From: Candidatus Woesearchaeota archaeon
GTDB lineage: Archaea > Nanobdellota > Nanobdellia > Woesearchaeales > UBA10216
DNA length: 64,000 nt
Assembly: GCA_016185705.1 (NCBI GenBank)
Contig: JACPMZ010000003.1
Location: 74,900 to 138,899 of the forward strand
Direction of reading: 5' to 3'
Below, in pieces: positions 26,800-36,841 of this stretch. The translations under genes and the position numbers were made by a program. Numbering within the stretch: the first letter of the stretch is position 1; every line of letters begins with the position of its first letter. Under the pieces are notes generated by a model, which was not told the DNA's origin, searched no databases, and worked only from the letters and a program-made list of their open reading frames with translations.

Positions 26800-27470
26800 T
26801 AAACGTAGCTGTCCCTTCTTGCGTGTTTGTAGATGAGCAGTCCAACTGCAGCTATGACTGCCACGCTGACCAAGATTATCGCGTATGTGATTAGATTGTT
26901 GCGGTCATCCCTGCCCTCCTGACTTGACATTTCAACTTTTTCAATAAAGCAATCTGCATCCACTGAAGAATCACAATCAGGGTCACATACGTTATCCTGA
27001 AGCTCCACGCAGTAACCATCCGCCGTACCTGCAGGGCAGTCTTCACTACACGATCCATAGTTCTCCTGATCCTGGCAAATGTTGTCGCCACAAACGTTTG
27101 CAAATCTTAAGACGTCTATTTCTGCTAACGTTGCTCCATCGGGCGCTGACAGACGTATCAGCGCCCCATCCCGAAAGTAAGCAGCGGAAACAAGATTAGA
27201 TTCAATAGCCATACTGTGATGATCTGTGATAACTACTTCCGGATCGTTCGTTGGACTATGTGTGTGATAGTCAAACCCCTCCTCCAATCCAAACGTAAAT
27301 GTATCTAATACTTCGTTATCCTGCGATATAAGAAAATACCGGTAGTCACCTGGCAAGTTTGATATAAATCCTTCACCAATACTGACATCAGCGACCACAT
27401 CCCCGCTATCGCCTGAAAGTTCAATCCGATAAATTTTATCAGTTGCACTTACGAACGTACTTAACGCCAA
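26796..27470 (-). CDS. secreted Cys-rich protein with C-terminal TM anchor (signal peptide likely extends upstream with non-ATG start, ...KKIFAVACIFLALSTFVSA)
   Basis: Cys-rich module CGDNICQDQENYGSCSEDCPAG...CDPDCDSSVDADC then ITYAIILVSVAVIAAVGLLIYKHARR; module resembles the one in 14238-18467 protein. Confidence 0.65.
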   Translation of the reverse strand: MALSTFVSATDKIYRIELSGDSGDVVADVSIGEGFISNLPGDYRYFLISQDNEVLDTFTFGLEEGFDYHTHSPTNDPEVVITDHHSMAIESNLVSAAYFRDGALIRLSAPDGATLAEIDVLRFANVCGDNICQDQENYGSCSEDCPAGTADGYCVELQDNVCDPDCDSSVDADCFIEKVEMSSQEGRDDRNNLITYAIILVSVAVIAAVGLLIYKHARRDSYVY

Positions 27471-27505
27471 AAATATGCATGCAACTGCAAAAATTTTTTT
27501 GTTAA

Positions 27506-30500
27506 TTATCCTACACCACCTGTTGCCAATTTATCACTCAATACCTTTTTTTCTATTGGACTGTAACCATTTACCAAATAACGATCCGAACACATCACAT
27601 TTACCGATGTTGGCCATGGCTTGAAGCGGTCTGAATGAGCACCGCCTTTTCTAACGGTAACCCCCCCTACTACTTTAACTCCCGCATCTCCGCACCCGGG
27701 GTAGCAACCCATATCTCCCCACTTAAGATATTCTGGATTATTCCATTCTGCGCACGGCTGGTCTGCTGATACCTGAATTTCACCGCAAGCCGGATTGTGG
27801 AATCCAGGATCTGCCGGAACTAGTAGTTCAGGGTTACCACCACAAGTATGTGGGAAATTCCCAAGCGCATGACCCAATTCGTGCAGCATTACCGGCTTTA
27901 CAACATCATCGGCGCTTCCATGCCAGTCCGGACATCTGCCGTCTGAAGCGCATGGCGGAATCCCACTTGGAACAACTACCATATTGTATCCACCGCTGGC
28001 CTCTCCGCTGTCCTTTGCGACCACAATAATCTGGTCGACCGGACAAGTCATAGCAATCTCACGGATTTTGGCAGTGTGAGCTCTACAGTCTTCCGTGTAA
28101 TCGTCAAAAATCAGTTCAGGATCATACCGGCCCACCTTGTAAACACTAAATAGATCTAAGCTGGTACTGAATGGCTCAATTTCTCTGAAAGTATCGGCAA
28201 TTTCATCTGCATAATAATCAAACCGAGCACTTTCACTCTCTTTAAACAAGCAGGGCACAACAACAAAATTAACATTATTGCCGCTACCAAGTATGCGTTC
28301 ACATTGCGCTGAGGAAACAATCAACTCTGCAGTGTCCAGCACATGGTAATTATCATCCGAATTCCTACCTAACACGCTAAACTCATGAACACCCGAACCA
28401 TAAGATGAGGTATCAAATGAAACGGCAAAGACTTCATCCCCCGCATCCCCGTCACCATGCCCGCCATCATCGTACAGATCTAAGTATTTACCCTCTGTAT
28501 TACTTCTCAGCAAAATATCCTTGCCACCAAAACCTTTAGCCAGAACGACTGCCGTGACATACCCTCCCCCGACAACATTCTCAGGGTCTAAGGCTAAGAT
28601 AACAGTTGGCTGGATAGTTTTCACTGAAAAGTCTGTAACCTTTTGATTTTGATTAAAGCCTTTTCCAACGACTCCGGCAAAACCATTTATCAACTCAATA
28701 TCGTCCACTACTATGTCCCACTCATCTGGTTCAATCTCGTTTATACCCCACACTTTTGCCCTCATCGTATCACCTTCGAACATGATTATTACATATACTT
28801 CGTCGCCACCATTAAACTTCTTGGTGACAATAGGTGCTATATAAGTAAACTGTGCTATATCAGTAACCGGGTAGTTCTTTTTTTCGTTAATAGTGAACCC
28901 CAGCAGCTTCTGGTTGGTCCGAAGTTCGACATTTAGGCAATAACCTGTTATTGCATCTATGCTCATCCTACCACACAGCATTAACAGTTCAAAAGATTCA
29001 TCCGGCAAATCTATTCGCCCAGATATTATGCCATCTGAAAATTTGTGATTCAAGTTGATTATTGCAGCATAATTATTATCCTTAAGAGTTATTGTATCTT
29101 TCTCAATTGCCCATTCCCCTTCTATACTCCGCCACCCACCTAAGCACAATCCTCCAGCAGCGCAAGCGCTTCCGTCACCACACAAACACTGCTTTTCTAC
29201 TACCCCCCTGCAACTCCCATCCGGCATAGCAGTATCGCCTAAAGGACAGCCGCACTGTCTATTATCACTCATTAATCTTCCGTTATTGCAGAAGTATGGC
29301 TTTGTGGAGGAGCATTCTCCGTTTGCCGTCCCGTCACCGCATTTGCTCTCATGTTCAAGAGAAGCAAATTCATTTTTACCGTAACTATAGAAGCCAACAT
29401 ATCCCGTGGAATACTCCCTGTCCTTTCCAAAAAGAGTCCAACCAAAAGGTTCAGGCAATCCTTTTTCCCAGACTTTTCCCAGAAACAGGTCGCCTTCTGA
29501 TTTAAATCTCATTGAACTGCCTTTCACGCCACTAAAGCCCGCACTTAGATCGATGGTGGAGCTCCCAAGCTTCTTAATCTCAACCCAGTTGTCGTCGGTT
29601 TGCCTTAAACAGTATGCTTCACCATTGTCCCTGATTCTGCCGCAAATACCCCTATAATTCCCAGTTGCAAGAGCATCTTCAAATGTGGTGGTTATGTCAA
29701 AATCACGCACAATCCCTATATCCTGAACAGCAAGAATTCCTGAGATGCCGGTACCAGTATGCAGAGGATTGGCACTGCTGCAATCCCATATGCCAGCTAT
29801 GCTTTTAAATCCCCATAATTTACATGAAGCCAGTGGGCATTCTGCACTCCCAGAGAATGCTCCCGGTGTTTTGCATGAATCGGCTTTCTCAACACGCACT
29901 TGTATCTTTTCGCCTTCAGGAAACGGAGAAAGCGCATCAAAATTTCTGATAGAGTTCTGTGCCACCACAAGTGTCCTGCATTCATCACTTCCATAATTCG
30001 CGCCTGCCGGGCATTCCAATACCAAATATTCCTTGGCACCCTCTACTTCACTCCATGAGGATTCCAAAGTGTAACGTTCACCATCATAGGATATTTCGCA
30101 TTGACTAATTTCAGGAACCTCACATTCAGGCAGCTCAATGCATTCCCCAACACAAAGATACCCCTGCGGGCATGTCTTTGGAAACTGATTGCCAGTAACA
30201 CTCACGCAGTCAGCATAACCACTGCACGGCTTTGGTCTGACATTATATGAGTATTTCTGAGCAAAGTCCTCACAAACAGCGCCGCATCCGGTGTCAAGAA
30301 GGCAACTGTAAATTTCAGTGTCTATTCCCGGCACTCCTAACTGACCTAAATCCTCAACTGTGCACACTTCATTTGCAGCGCAACTGGTATCACCACATTC
30401 AACGCCGCATTTGCCTGCATTTTGTCGGCCAGTATCAGTATCTCCAGGCAGGCTTGGCGGGGCATCTGCCCTGCAGGCACCTTCCCTGCACTTGCTATCG

Positions 30501-31687
30501 CTATCGCAGTTGTATGTCGCTACCTTTATTTCGTTGTTATCGCAATAAACTTCTTGCAGCACTTTGCCTGCTATGCAAAAATCAGGGACAACAATGCAGG
30601 CGCCGCCAGAATCATCAGAATAACATTCTGTCGCCTCTCCCTTAACCTCAATCTTGAAGCCGCTGTCAGAATCAACGCAGATCTGATTTGACTTGGCTGC
30701 AGGGCAGCTACAATCATTATTGCAATTCGTGCAAGACTCAGAGGATTCACATACGTTGTTTCCACACTGGTTACAGTCCTTGGTGAGAAGTTTATTGCTA
30801 TCATCGCAGTCATTTCCCTTAGCGCAGTTTACTCCGAAGCCGTCACCATCGTTGTCAACGCACTTTTTTCGATTTAAGCATTTTGCCGGGTTGCCAAGTA
30901 CTGGCGCCCCGCCGATAGTTGTTGTAACGCAAAGAAATCCCTCATTGCACTGGTTATTTGGTTCACAACAATTTTGATTAGGGCCGCCACATTCTGTCTT
31001 AACCGGGCAGCTGCCACATGTGCTGGTTTCCTGGCAGCAGATTCCAGACTGGCAGTCCACATTCCCCTTACATGACACGCCGTCAGGAGCCTGGCACTGG
31101 CTGTTAGGACAGGTGTTAAAACACCCACCGCAGTAAGAGCACTCTGTCAGCCCAGAACAGCAGCCGAGGGTCTTTGGCTGCTGCCCCCACTCACCGCAGG
31201 AGCAGTCCTTAGTGCCGGTAACGGTTCTCGTATTTCCGCAGTTGCTTTCCTGACTGAACTTTTCACCCTTGCAAACGCTGGAACGATCGGGCGACCATGA
31301 CGAATCAACGCAACACGGCGCATTGCCGCATTCTCCGCAACTGCTCTGCAGAGAAGAGCCGCAGTGCCTGTTGCAGTCATCAAATCCGCCGCAGCCACCG
31401 CCATAAGCGCAGCCATCCTTAAGACTGGTAATAGGGCAAGTGCCGCCGCAGCCGTCACTGAAGCCACAGAAGGGATAAGAGCAGGAAGGTGTGCACGGCT
31501 CTTGTTCAATTGGCTTAACAGATTCGTGCTTACACTGGCCAATGCAGTCAACATAATTGTCCAGTTCCGGCTCGCAGCCGCAATGGTCAGCCTCGGTAGT
31601 AGAGGAATTCGCCAAGAAAAAAACAGATGTAGCTACCAACAATACGCCAAATACAAATAATTTCCCAACTACCTGTGTTAGGTGCAT
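27506..31687 (-). CDS. giant (1393 aa) secreted cysteine-rich protein with C-terminal metzincin-type zinc-metalloprotease motif
   Basis: signal peptide MHLTQVVGKLFVFGVLLVATSVFF; >120 Cys in repeated CxxC/CGxC modules; HELGHALGNFPH = HExxHxxGxxH zinc-binding consensus. Confidence 0.8.
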   Translation of the reverse strand: MHLTQVVGKLFVFGVLLVATSVFFLANSSTTEADHCGCEPELDNYVDCIGQCKHESVKPIEQEPCTPSCSYPFCGFSDGCGGTCPITSLKDGCAYGGGCGGFDDCNRHCGSSLQSSCGECGNAPCCVDSSWSPDRSSVCKGEKFSQESNCGNTRTVTGTKDCSCGEWGQQPKTLGCCSGLTECSYCGGCFNTCPNSQCQAPDGVSCKGNVDCQSGICCQETSTCGSCPVKTECGGPNQNCCEPNNQCNEGFLCVTTTIGGAPVLGNPAKCLNRKKCVDNDGDGFGVNCAKGNDCDDSNKLLTKDCNQCGNNVCESSESCTNCNNDCSCPAAKSNQICVDSDSGFKIEVKGEATECYSDDSGGACIVVPDFCIAGKVLQEVYCDNNEIKVATYNCDSDSKCREGACRADAPPSLPGDTDTGRQNAGKCGVECGDTSCAANEVCTVEDLGQLGVPGIDTEIYSCLLDTGCGAVCEDFAQKYSYNVRPKPCSGYADCVSVTGNQFPKTCPQGYLCVGECIELPECEVPEISQCEISYDGERYTLESSWSEVEGAKEYLVLECPAGANYGSDECRTLVVAQNSIRNFDALSPFPEGEKIQVRVEKADSCKTPGAFSGSAECPLASCKLWGFKSIAGIWDCSSANPLHTGTGISGILAVQDIGIVRDFDITTTFEDALATGNYRGICGRIRDNGEAYCLRQTDDNWVEIKKLGSSTIDLSAGFSGVKGSSMRFKSEGDLFLGKVWEKGLPEPFGWTLFGKDREYSTGYVGFYSYGKNEFASLEHESKCGDGTANGECSSTKPYFCNNGRLMSDNRQCGCPLGDTAMPDGSCRGVVEKQCLCGDGSACAAGGLCLGGWRSIEGEWAIEKDTITLKDNNYAAIINLNHKFSDGIISGRIDLPDESFELLMLCGRMSIDAITGYCLNVELRTNQKLLGFTINEKKNYPVTDIAQFTYIAPIVTKKFNGGDEVYVIIMFEGDTMRAKVWGINEIEPDEWDIVVDDIELINGFAGVVGKGFNQNQKVTDFSVKTIQPTVILALDPENVVGGGYVTAVVLAKGFGGKDILLRSNTEGKYLDLYDDGGHGDGDAGDEVFAVSFDTSSYGSGVHEFSVLGRNSDDNYHVLDTAELIVSSAQCERILGSGNNVNFVVVPCLFKESESARFDYYADEIADTFREIEPFSTSLDLFSVYKVGRYDPELIFDDYTEDCRAHTAKIREIAMTCPVDQIIVVAKDSGEASGGYNMVVVPSGIPPCASDGRCPDWHGSADDVVKPVMLHELGHALGNFPHTCGGNPELLVPADPGFHNPACGEIQVSADQPCAEWNNPEYLKWGDMGCYPGCGDAGVKVVGGVTVRKGGAHSDRFKPWPTSVNVMCSDRYLVNGYSPIEKKVLSDKLATGGVG

Positions 31688-31692
31688 TAACC

Positions 31693-32052
31693 TTAGTCCT
31701 TCTCCAAACTGTAGGCAGCTTTGATAGCCACTATGATTGAAGCAGGCACAACAAAAGTAAGTATTGCCAGATAAATCCCTTCAAGATAAGCGCCGATGTT
31801 CGGAACCTGGCCGAGAACTGAGCCGCCGAGCGAAGTTACTATAATCAATGCGAGCGTAGCAATGAGAAACTCCCTCGTTTCCTTCAAGGTAATGTTAAGC
31901 AAGCCAACGATTATGCCCAAAGCAATCAGCGCAGAACTGAGAGTAACTTCCAGCTCATTCGGATAAATAATGCCTCCAACAACAGCCAGCGAAACACCCA
32001 TAAGGAACAGAACGCTGCCAATCTTCAGAGGGTGAGGTTTCGCCATATGCAA
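31693..32052 (-). CDS. small polytopic membrane protein (3-4 TM), first gene of the Cys-rich secretome operon
   Basis: hydrophobic helices; 5-nt spacing to downstream giant gene. Confidence 0.55.
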   Translation of the reverse strand: MHMAKPHPLKIGSVLFLMGVSLAVVGGIIYPNELEVTLSSALIALGIIVGLLNITLKETREFLIATLALIIVTSLGGSVLGQVPNIGAYLEGIYLAILTFVVPASIIVAIKAAYSLEKD

Positions 32053-32090
32053 CTTATTGGCAGGACTGTTTTTAAAGGTTTCGGAAACGG

Positions 32091-32234
32091 GGTGAAGTCA
32101 AGTTAAGTGGCAAAACCGTCGCATCCTTCCCTGATTTTTTTCTCCCCCCCTTAAAAAATAAGGGGGGGAGAAAAAAATCAGCCAAGCAGGCATCGGCAAG
32201 CTCAGGATTGCAGGACACATAACTTGGCATTACC
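32091..32234. mobile_element. MITE-like element copy A (144 bp): TIRs ggtgaagtcaagtt / aacttggcattacc, central (C)7/(G)7 palindromic hairpin 32131-32182, flanked by 9-bp TSD cggaaacgg (32082-32090 and 32235-32243)
   Basis: direct observation of TIR, TSD and near-identity to copy at 52841-52982. Confidence 0.75.
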
Positions 32235-32351
32235 CGGAAACGGACTCTGCCGGAACTAAGAAACTTTCGCCATTCAGAAGTCCCGTAGAATAGGCAGAGC
32301 CCGAAAATTTACTGCCTGTGCAGCTGGGCTGGTATCCTGCCTTCCCTCTGC

Positions 32352-33362
32352 TCATGTAAAGATTTTTGATACCGCCAATGTCTGCTCAAGTTTTGGCAGC
32401 ACAATTCTTTGGGAAGCAGCAACCGCAGCGAAACACCCCACATGAAAGAGGTTGCTGCCGCCGATGCCCCTTTTGCCGTTGAAACGCACCGGGCGCCCGA
32501 TATTTGCATCAAAGCCAACATACCCGATTCTGTGGTGGCTTTCAATTTTTGGTTTGATGCCAAACATCTTAGCCAATGCTTCAATTGGAGTCCAGCCCTT
32601 ACTGGCGAAGAACATTTCAGCCAAAGCTTCCCTGAGTTCAGGAGAGCCTGCAACCATAAGCACGCGGTCATCCTCCATGAAATCAGGAAGCGTTAATTCT
32701 CCGCTTGGATTGATATTGTATTCGTCTCTGTCTAACGGCACAAAACTCGTATAAGGCGTTCCTGGCGCAGGCACGTTGCCTTTTCTAACGTCTTCAATAT
32801 GCAATCTGGGAACCTCCAGGCCATTGTATCTGCCTTTTCCAACAGCATCCCATTCATCGTCATCATCAATCGGCGCGAATCCATAATGGTGAGCACGCCG
32901 TTCAGCATCAGGAATCCAACAGAGCGCATTGTCGTAAGATTCACTAACTGCTTTTTCAAGCCCCTTCGGAGTTACCAGAGAACCAGCTGAATGCCATACC
33001 TCATAAAACCTGCCATAGGGATAGCGCTGTCCATGACATTCCACAGTATTTGTATCAATCCCTGCTCGCATAATCGCCTCACGAACCTCAGGATTAGCCA
33101 TTGCCTGTATTGCCATCGGCATGTCAGCTACTCTCAAGCCGTGTTCTGCAGCTAATATATCTGCCTTTTTTCGGGCCTTGGCATAGCCAGTCCTGCCTGT
33201 AACCGCTGCGAGCACACGGGATTCCCCTTGAACAATTATTTGCGGCATTTTGAAGCGAACTCCATTATCCTGTATTCTTACAGGCAAAGTGCAGGCAGTA
33301 TTTAAGGATTGCGGTTTTATAATCACCGCATAGTAGTGGAATAAAAACAGACTGCGGCGCAC
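32352..33362 (-). CDS. conserved hypothetical protein (possible true start MPQIIV at 33248)
   Basis: long ORF with protein-like composition; no confident family assignment. Confidence 0.5.
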   Translation of the reverse strand: MRRSLFLFHYYAVIIKPQSLNTACTLPVRIQDNGVRFKMPQIIVQGESRVLAAVTGRTGYAKARKKADILAAEHGLRVADMPMAIQAMANPEVREAIMRAGIDTNTVECHGQRYPYGRFYEVWHSAGSLVTPKGLEKAVSESYDNALCWIPDAERRAHHYGFAPIDDDDEWDAVGKGRYNGLEVPRLHIEDVRKGNVPAPGTPYTSFVPLDRDEYNINPSGELTLPDFMEDDRVLMVAGSPELREALAEMFFASKGWTPIEALAKMFGIKPKIESHHRIGYVGFDANIGRPVRFNGKRGIGGSNLFHVGCFAAVAASQRIVLPKLEQTLAVSKIFT

Positions 33363-33508
33363 AACCCCTCCATGTCTTAATGCGTTCTCCGGAACAGAAA
33401 AATCTTCATGTGGATTATAAAAACCTTCTTGAAACTCAGTAACGCTCTGCTGTTAACGAATGAATGGCCACATGCAATCGTATGAACATACTTAATATAT
33501 AAAATTTG

Positions 33509-34456
33509 TCACTCCCTAACCTCAGCGTCATCAATAATTCCGTCTGAGTCAAGGTCAACGCCTTCAACAACCTTTGCAGCTATTTTTTTGTTTCTTACGT
33601 TGCCTGCGCTAATCTCCTTAAAATGCTTTAAGAAAGCAACGATGGCAGCCCTTGTTCCTGAGTAGCGCTTGCCTGCAACAACCAAAACGCTTTTTTCGCT
33701 GTTGAACGGAGATTTTGCCTTAACAATGATGCCTGACTCATCGCTTGGGTAAACTGAATCTGATACAGTGCTTCTGATGCTCCAGTTCTCTGCCTTATCA
33801 AACCTTATTGGAAGCTTCTGGTTAACCGCGCCTGTAACTTTGTTGACAATCGGGCCGCCTATCAGAATTAAATGATTGCCTTTCAATTCCTGCTCCTGCA
33901 CTTCAGTATCAAGCTTAACGTAAAGCTTCGGAACATAATTAAGGAATGTGCCCAGAAACAACGCAAGGTCCATGCCGTAATAGCCGTCGCGGGAACGCGC
34001 TTTGTCAGGCCCGTGCGGGTCAGGGCTGCCAACTATAATTAATGCGCTGAGCTTTCCGTTATCTATGAAAGGATGCAGAAACTCAGAGTCTGACTTCAGC
34101 TGAATCTGCGTGGGCTCAAGCTCCCTGAACTTAATAACTACTGCGGGCTTCTCAACAGCGTAAAACTTAGCAACAGCGCCCTGCCGCGTTTCCTGCCTGA
34201 CAACCTTAACGATGCCTGCGCTATGCAAGTTGCGGATGTGATAATAAATTTTCTGCTCATGAACCTTAAGGGCTTTAGCTATTTCTACCGGATACATCGG
34301 CTTTGAAGAAAGCAGCTTGATTATTTTTATGGCCAGCTCAGAGCTGACGCTGCCTGCATTCTTCGCATCCACCTCGCATGCAGGAAGCGAATACACCCCA
34401 TCTGCCCTTTTGTCAACCGCAAACATAGCAACCACTTGTCTAAACTGCCTGAGCAT
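33509..34456 (-). CDS. ArsR-type winged-helix transcriptional regulator fused to uncharacterised C-terminal alpha/beta domain
   Basis: MYPVEIAKALKVHEQKIYYHIRNLHSAGIVKVV wHTH; C-terminal LIIVGSPDPHG...LILIGGPIVN. Confidence 0.6.
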   Translation of the reverse strand: MLRQFRQVVAMFAVDKRADGVYSLPACEVDAKNAGSVSSELAIKIIKLLSSKPMYPVEIAKALKVHEQKIYYHIRNLHSAGIVKVVRQETRQGAVAKFYAVEKPAVVIKFRELEPTQIQLKSDSEFLHPFIDNGKLSALIIVGSPDPHGPDKARSRDGYYGMDLALFLGTFLNYVPKLYVKLDTEVQEQELKGNHLILIGGPIVNKVTGAVNQKLPIRFDKAENWSIRSTVSDSVYPSDESGIIVKAKSPFNSEKSVLVVAGKRYSGTRAAIVAFLKHFKEISAGNVRNKKIAAKVVEGVDLDSDGIIDDAEVRE

Positions 34457-34505
34457 TCACTCAAAGCGCTGTTACCCTTTTCACCAGCCAACTTCCCCAC
34501 TAAAC

Positions 34506-34552
34506 TGCTTTTTTCCCTCCCCTAAAATTTAAGGGGGAGGGAAAAAAGCAGC
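34506..34552. repeat. palindromic hairpin of CCCTCCC...GGGAGGG family (ctgcttttttccctcccc TAAAATTTAA gggggagggaaaaaagcag) followed by MITE right-end-like motif gcttggaaacttacc
   Basis: perfect stem; shared flanking motif with 25224 copy. Confidence 0.8.
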
Positions 34553-34673
34553 AATCCAAAAAGCAAGCACGGCGCTTGGAAACTTACCACTTTAAATAAA
34601 TTTTTATCTACGTTAAAAAATAATTATAAGTACATATTTAATTCTTTCCATTTTAAAACAGGAAAGTTTTTAT

Positions 34674-36080
34674 ATGGCTGCATTCATAAACAAAGCCATG
34701 ATCAAAAAATTTCTGGCAGTTTCAGCAGTAGTGGCCATGCTGCTGCTAATCCCTTATGCAATCGCCCAGTCGGATGACGATTCAAATAAACCCCGGGAAA
34801 GATTAAATGCAGTGAAAGACAGGCAGGACAGTCCAAACGCAGCAGCCGCCCCTGCCAGGGAACGGCTTGCAGAAGCGCTGAACAAGAGAAACGAAGCGCT
34901 GCAGAAGGAAGCGTTTGCAAAGCTCAACGATGCAGACAAAACCAGATTCAGGAATCTGGACAGCAGACGGCTGGAGAAAATCTCGGCATTAGATGCGGAC
35001 AAAGTCAGCAAATTAAAAGCTGTCAGCAAAGACAGGCTGAGAGTTGTCGCTGCACACGCTGACAGACTGGCAGGGCTTGAACAGGCAGACCTTGCAAAAG
35101 CAGCACAGCTTGACAGAAGCAGGATAAAAGAGCTTGCTGCGCTGAGCCCTGAAAACGCAGCAGGCAGATTAAAAAATATACGCATAGTAAAAGCAAATGA
35201 GGATTTCAAAATCAGGCCTCTTGCAACAGGCAGGATTACAGCTGCTGCTGCTGCGCACAAAAGAATTCAGGACAAAAAAGAGGAACTGCGCGCTGCATAC
35301 GCTCAGAGAATTGACAAAGTCAAGGCAGCCAAGGAAAAACTCAGAAACTGCGAAGGGGATTGCGATACTGTCAGGCAGGAAGCAATTGACAGAGCCAGGG
35401 AAGCAGCGCTGAATGTTATAGAAAGACTAACCAATCACATAGAAAAAATCAAGGAAAGAGTCAGCACTTCGCAGGACCTGAGCGAGGAAGAGATAGCTGA
35501 CAGAATTGCAAAGCTCGACAGCTTGCTTGAAGAAGTGTCATCTGTTCAGGCAGCAGTTGAAGCTGCAGCAACAAAGGAAGAATTGAATGCCGCTGTAAAA
35601 GAGCTGCGACAGATAGTTGCGAAAATAAAGATAAAAACAAATGCTCACGCGCAGGGGCTCGTAAGGGCAAGGGTAATCGGAATAGTTCATTCAGGAAATG
35701 TAATTGAAAAGAAACTTGACTGCTCGCTCGCAGCTTTGGAGGAAGAAGGCGCAGACACAAGCGAAATAGATGTATTGATGGACGAATACAGCAGACTGAT
35801 GGCAGCAGCAAGGGAAAAAGCCAAAGAGGCAAAAGACGTATTTGAAAAGGAAGATGAAGCTGCGGTGGAAGCAGCCAGGCAACTAATCATTGAAGCAAGA
35901 GAATCAGCAAAGCAGGCGCACAACCTGCTGCCTGAAATCAGGGCAGCCATAGCAAAGCTTGGCGGTGGCGGAGCTGCATGCGAGGAAGCGCAGGAAATAG
36001 CAATTGAGGCGGAAGCTGACGCGGAGACTGAGCAGGAAATAGAAGCGGGAGACGAAAAAAATGAAACTGATACTGATTAG
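34674..36080 (+). CDS. secreted coiled-coil protein rich in A/E/K/R/L repeats with acidic C-terminal tail
   Basis: signal peptide MIKKFLAVSAVVAMLLLIPYAIA; heptad-like low-complexity helical sequence. Confidence 0.65.
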   Translation: MAAFINKAMIKKFLAVSAVVAMLLLIPYAIAQSDDDSNKPRERLNAVKDRQDSPNAAAAPARERLAEALNKRNEALQKEAFAKLNDADKTRFRNLDSRRLEKISALDADKVSKLKAVSKDRLRVVAAHADRLAGLEQADLAKAAQLDRSRIKELAALSPENAAGRLKNIRIVKANEDFKIRPLATGRITAAAAAHKRIQDKKEELRAAYAQRIDKVKAAKEKLRNCEGDCDTVRQEAIDRAREAALNVIERLTNHIEKIKERVSTSQDLSEEEIADRIAKLDSLLEEVSSVQAAVEAAATKEELNAAVKELRQIVAKIKIKTNAHAQGLVRARVIGIVHSGNVIEKKLDCSLAALEEEGADTSEIDVLMDEYSRLMAAAREKAKEAKDVFEKEDEAAVEAARQLIIEARESAKQAHNLLPEIRAAIAKLGGGGAACEEAQEIAIEAEADAETEQEIEAGDEKNETDTD

Positions 36081-36288
36081 CTTATTTGCTGTAATGCTGG
36101 CTGCGGCATGCACGCCCTCTGGGCCAGCAGAAGCGCCTGTATCAGAAATCACACCCCCTGAGACAACTGCCACAGAAGCTGACATACAGTCAGTGAGCGA
36201 ACCAACTGCAGAACAAATAGAATCAGAGCTTGACACTTCTGAACTGGATGCCATAAACGATGATTTGGACCTGATGATTGTGGAGTAG
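36061..36288 (+). CDS. small secreted/lipobox-like acidic protein (75 aa), overlapping preceding gene by 20 nt
   Basis: MKLILISLFAVMLAAAC then P/T/E-rich acidic sequence. Confidence 0.4.
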   Translation: MKLILISLFAVMLAAACTPSGPAEAPVSEITPPETTATEADIQSVSEPTAEQIESELDTSELDAINDDLDLMIVE

Positions 36289-36451
36289 CAAACTGTCTGA
36301 ATCTTCACCCATCCCTATTCTAAGCTGCCCGCATATTCGTGCAGCACTCTATTTCCGCTCCCTTCAAAAGTTAAGGAGGCGGAAACAGAGCGCAGAAGGA
36401 AAATGTTATGGAGATGCGCAAGGGAGCTCGCAGAATAATAACAAGCACAAA

Positions 36452-36724
36452 TCAAAGCAGCGTCCTGATATTATCAAGATGGTCTGCCATGTCAGAGCCC
36501 TTCTTTGTCAGCGCAAGGAGCTTTAGTCTGCCCTGCTTCTCAAAATTCACCAACCCGGCTTTTTCCATCTCCTGCAGAATCTTTACGACATGGGAATAAG
36601 TGCAGTCAATAGTTTTTGCGAGCGATGAAGCATAAACCCCGCTCTTGGCGTTACGCAGCTCAACGAGCATCATCGCCGGCTTCTCGCGAAAAAATACGTT
36701 AAAAATCTCCGGATTCTCCATCAA
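36452..36724 (-). CDS. small winged-helix transcriptional regulator (ArsR/MarR-like)
   Basis: YASSLAKTIDCTYSHVVKILQEMEKAGLVNFEKQGR HTH + wing. Confidence 0.6.
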   Translation of the reverse strand: MMENPEIFNVFFREKPAMMLVELRNAKSGVYASSLAKTIDCTYSHVVKILQEMEKAGLVNFEKQGRLKLLALTKKGSDMADHLDNIRTLL

Positions 36725-36841
36725 TGTTTACCCCCTCAACTCCAACCATTATTTTTTAGCATATATATAAATGTTTCTGTGCAAAAAATTTCTCCGACGG
36801 CAACACAGCCTGATTCAACAAAGCAAAACTCCGCGTTCCAA

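Noticed and set aside
28643-30977. Plus-strand ORFs (69-132 aa) inside the 27506-31687 region
   Set aside because: They are antisense to the Cys-rich giant gene, and the codon bias of Cys-rich repeats creates long antisense frames.
32352-33362. Attempted assignment of the 336-aa protein to DHQ synthase II / FBP aldolase-phosphatase / RtcB families
   Set aside because: No diagnostic motif could be matched by eye, so it is left as a conserved hypothetical protein.
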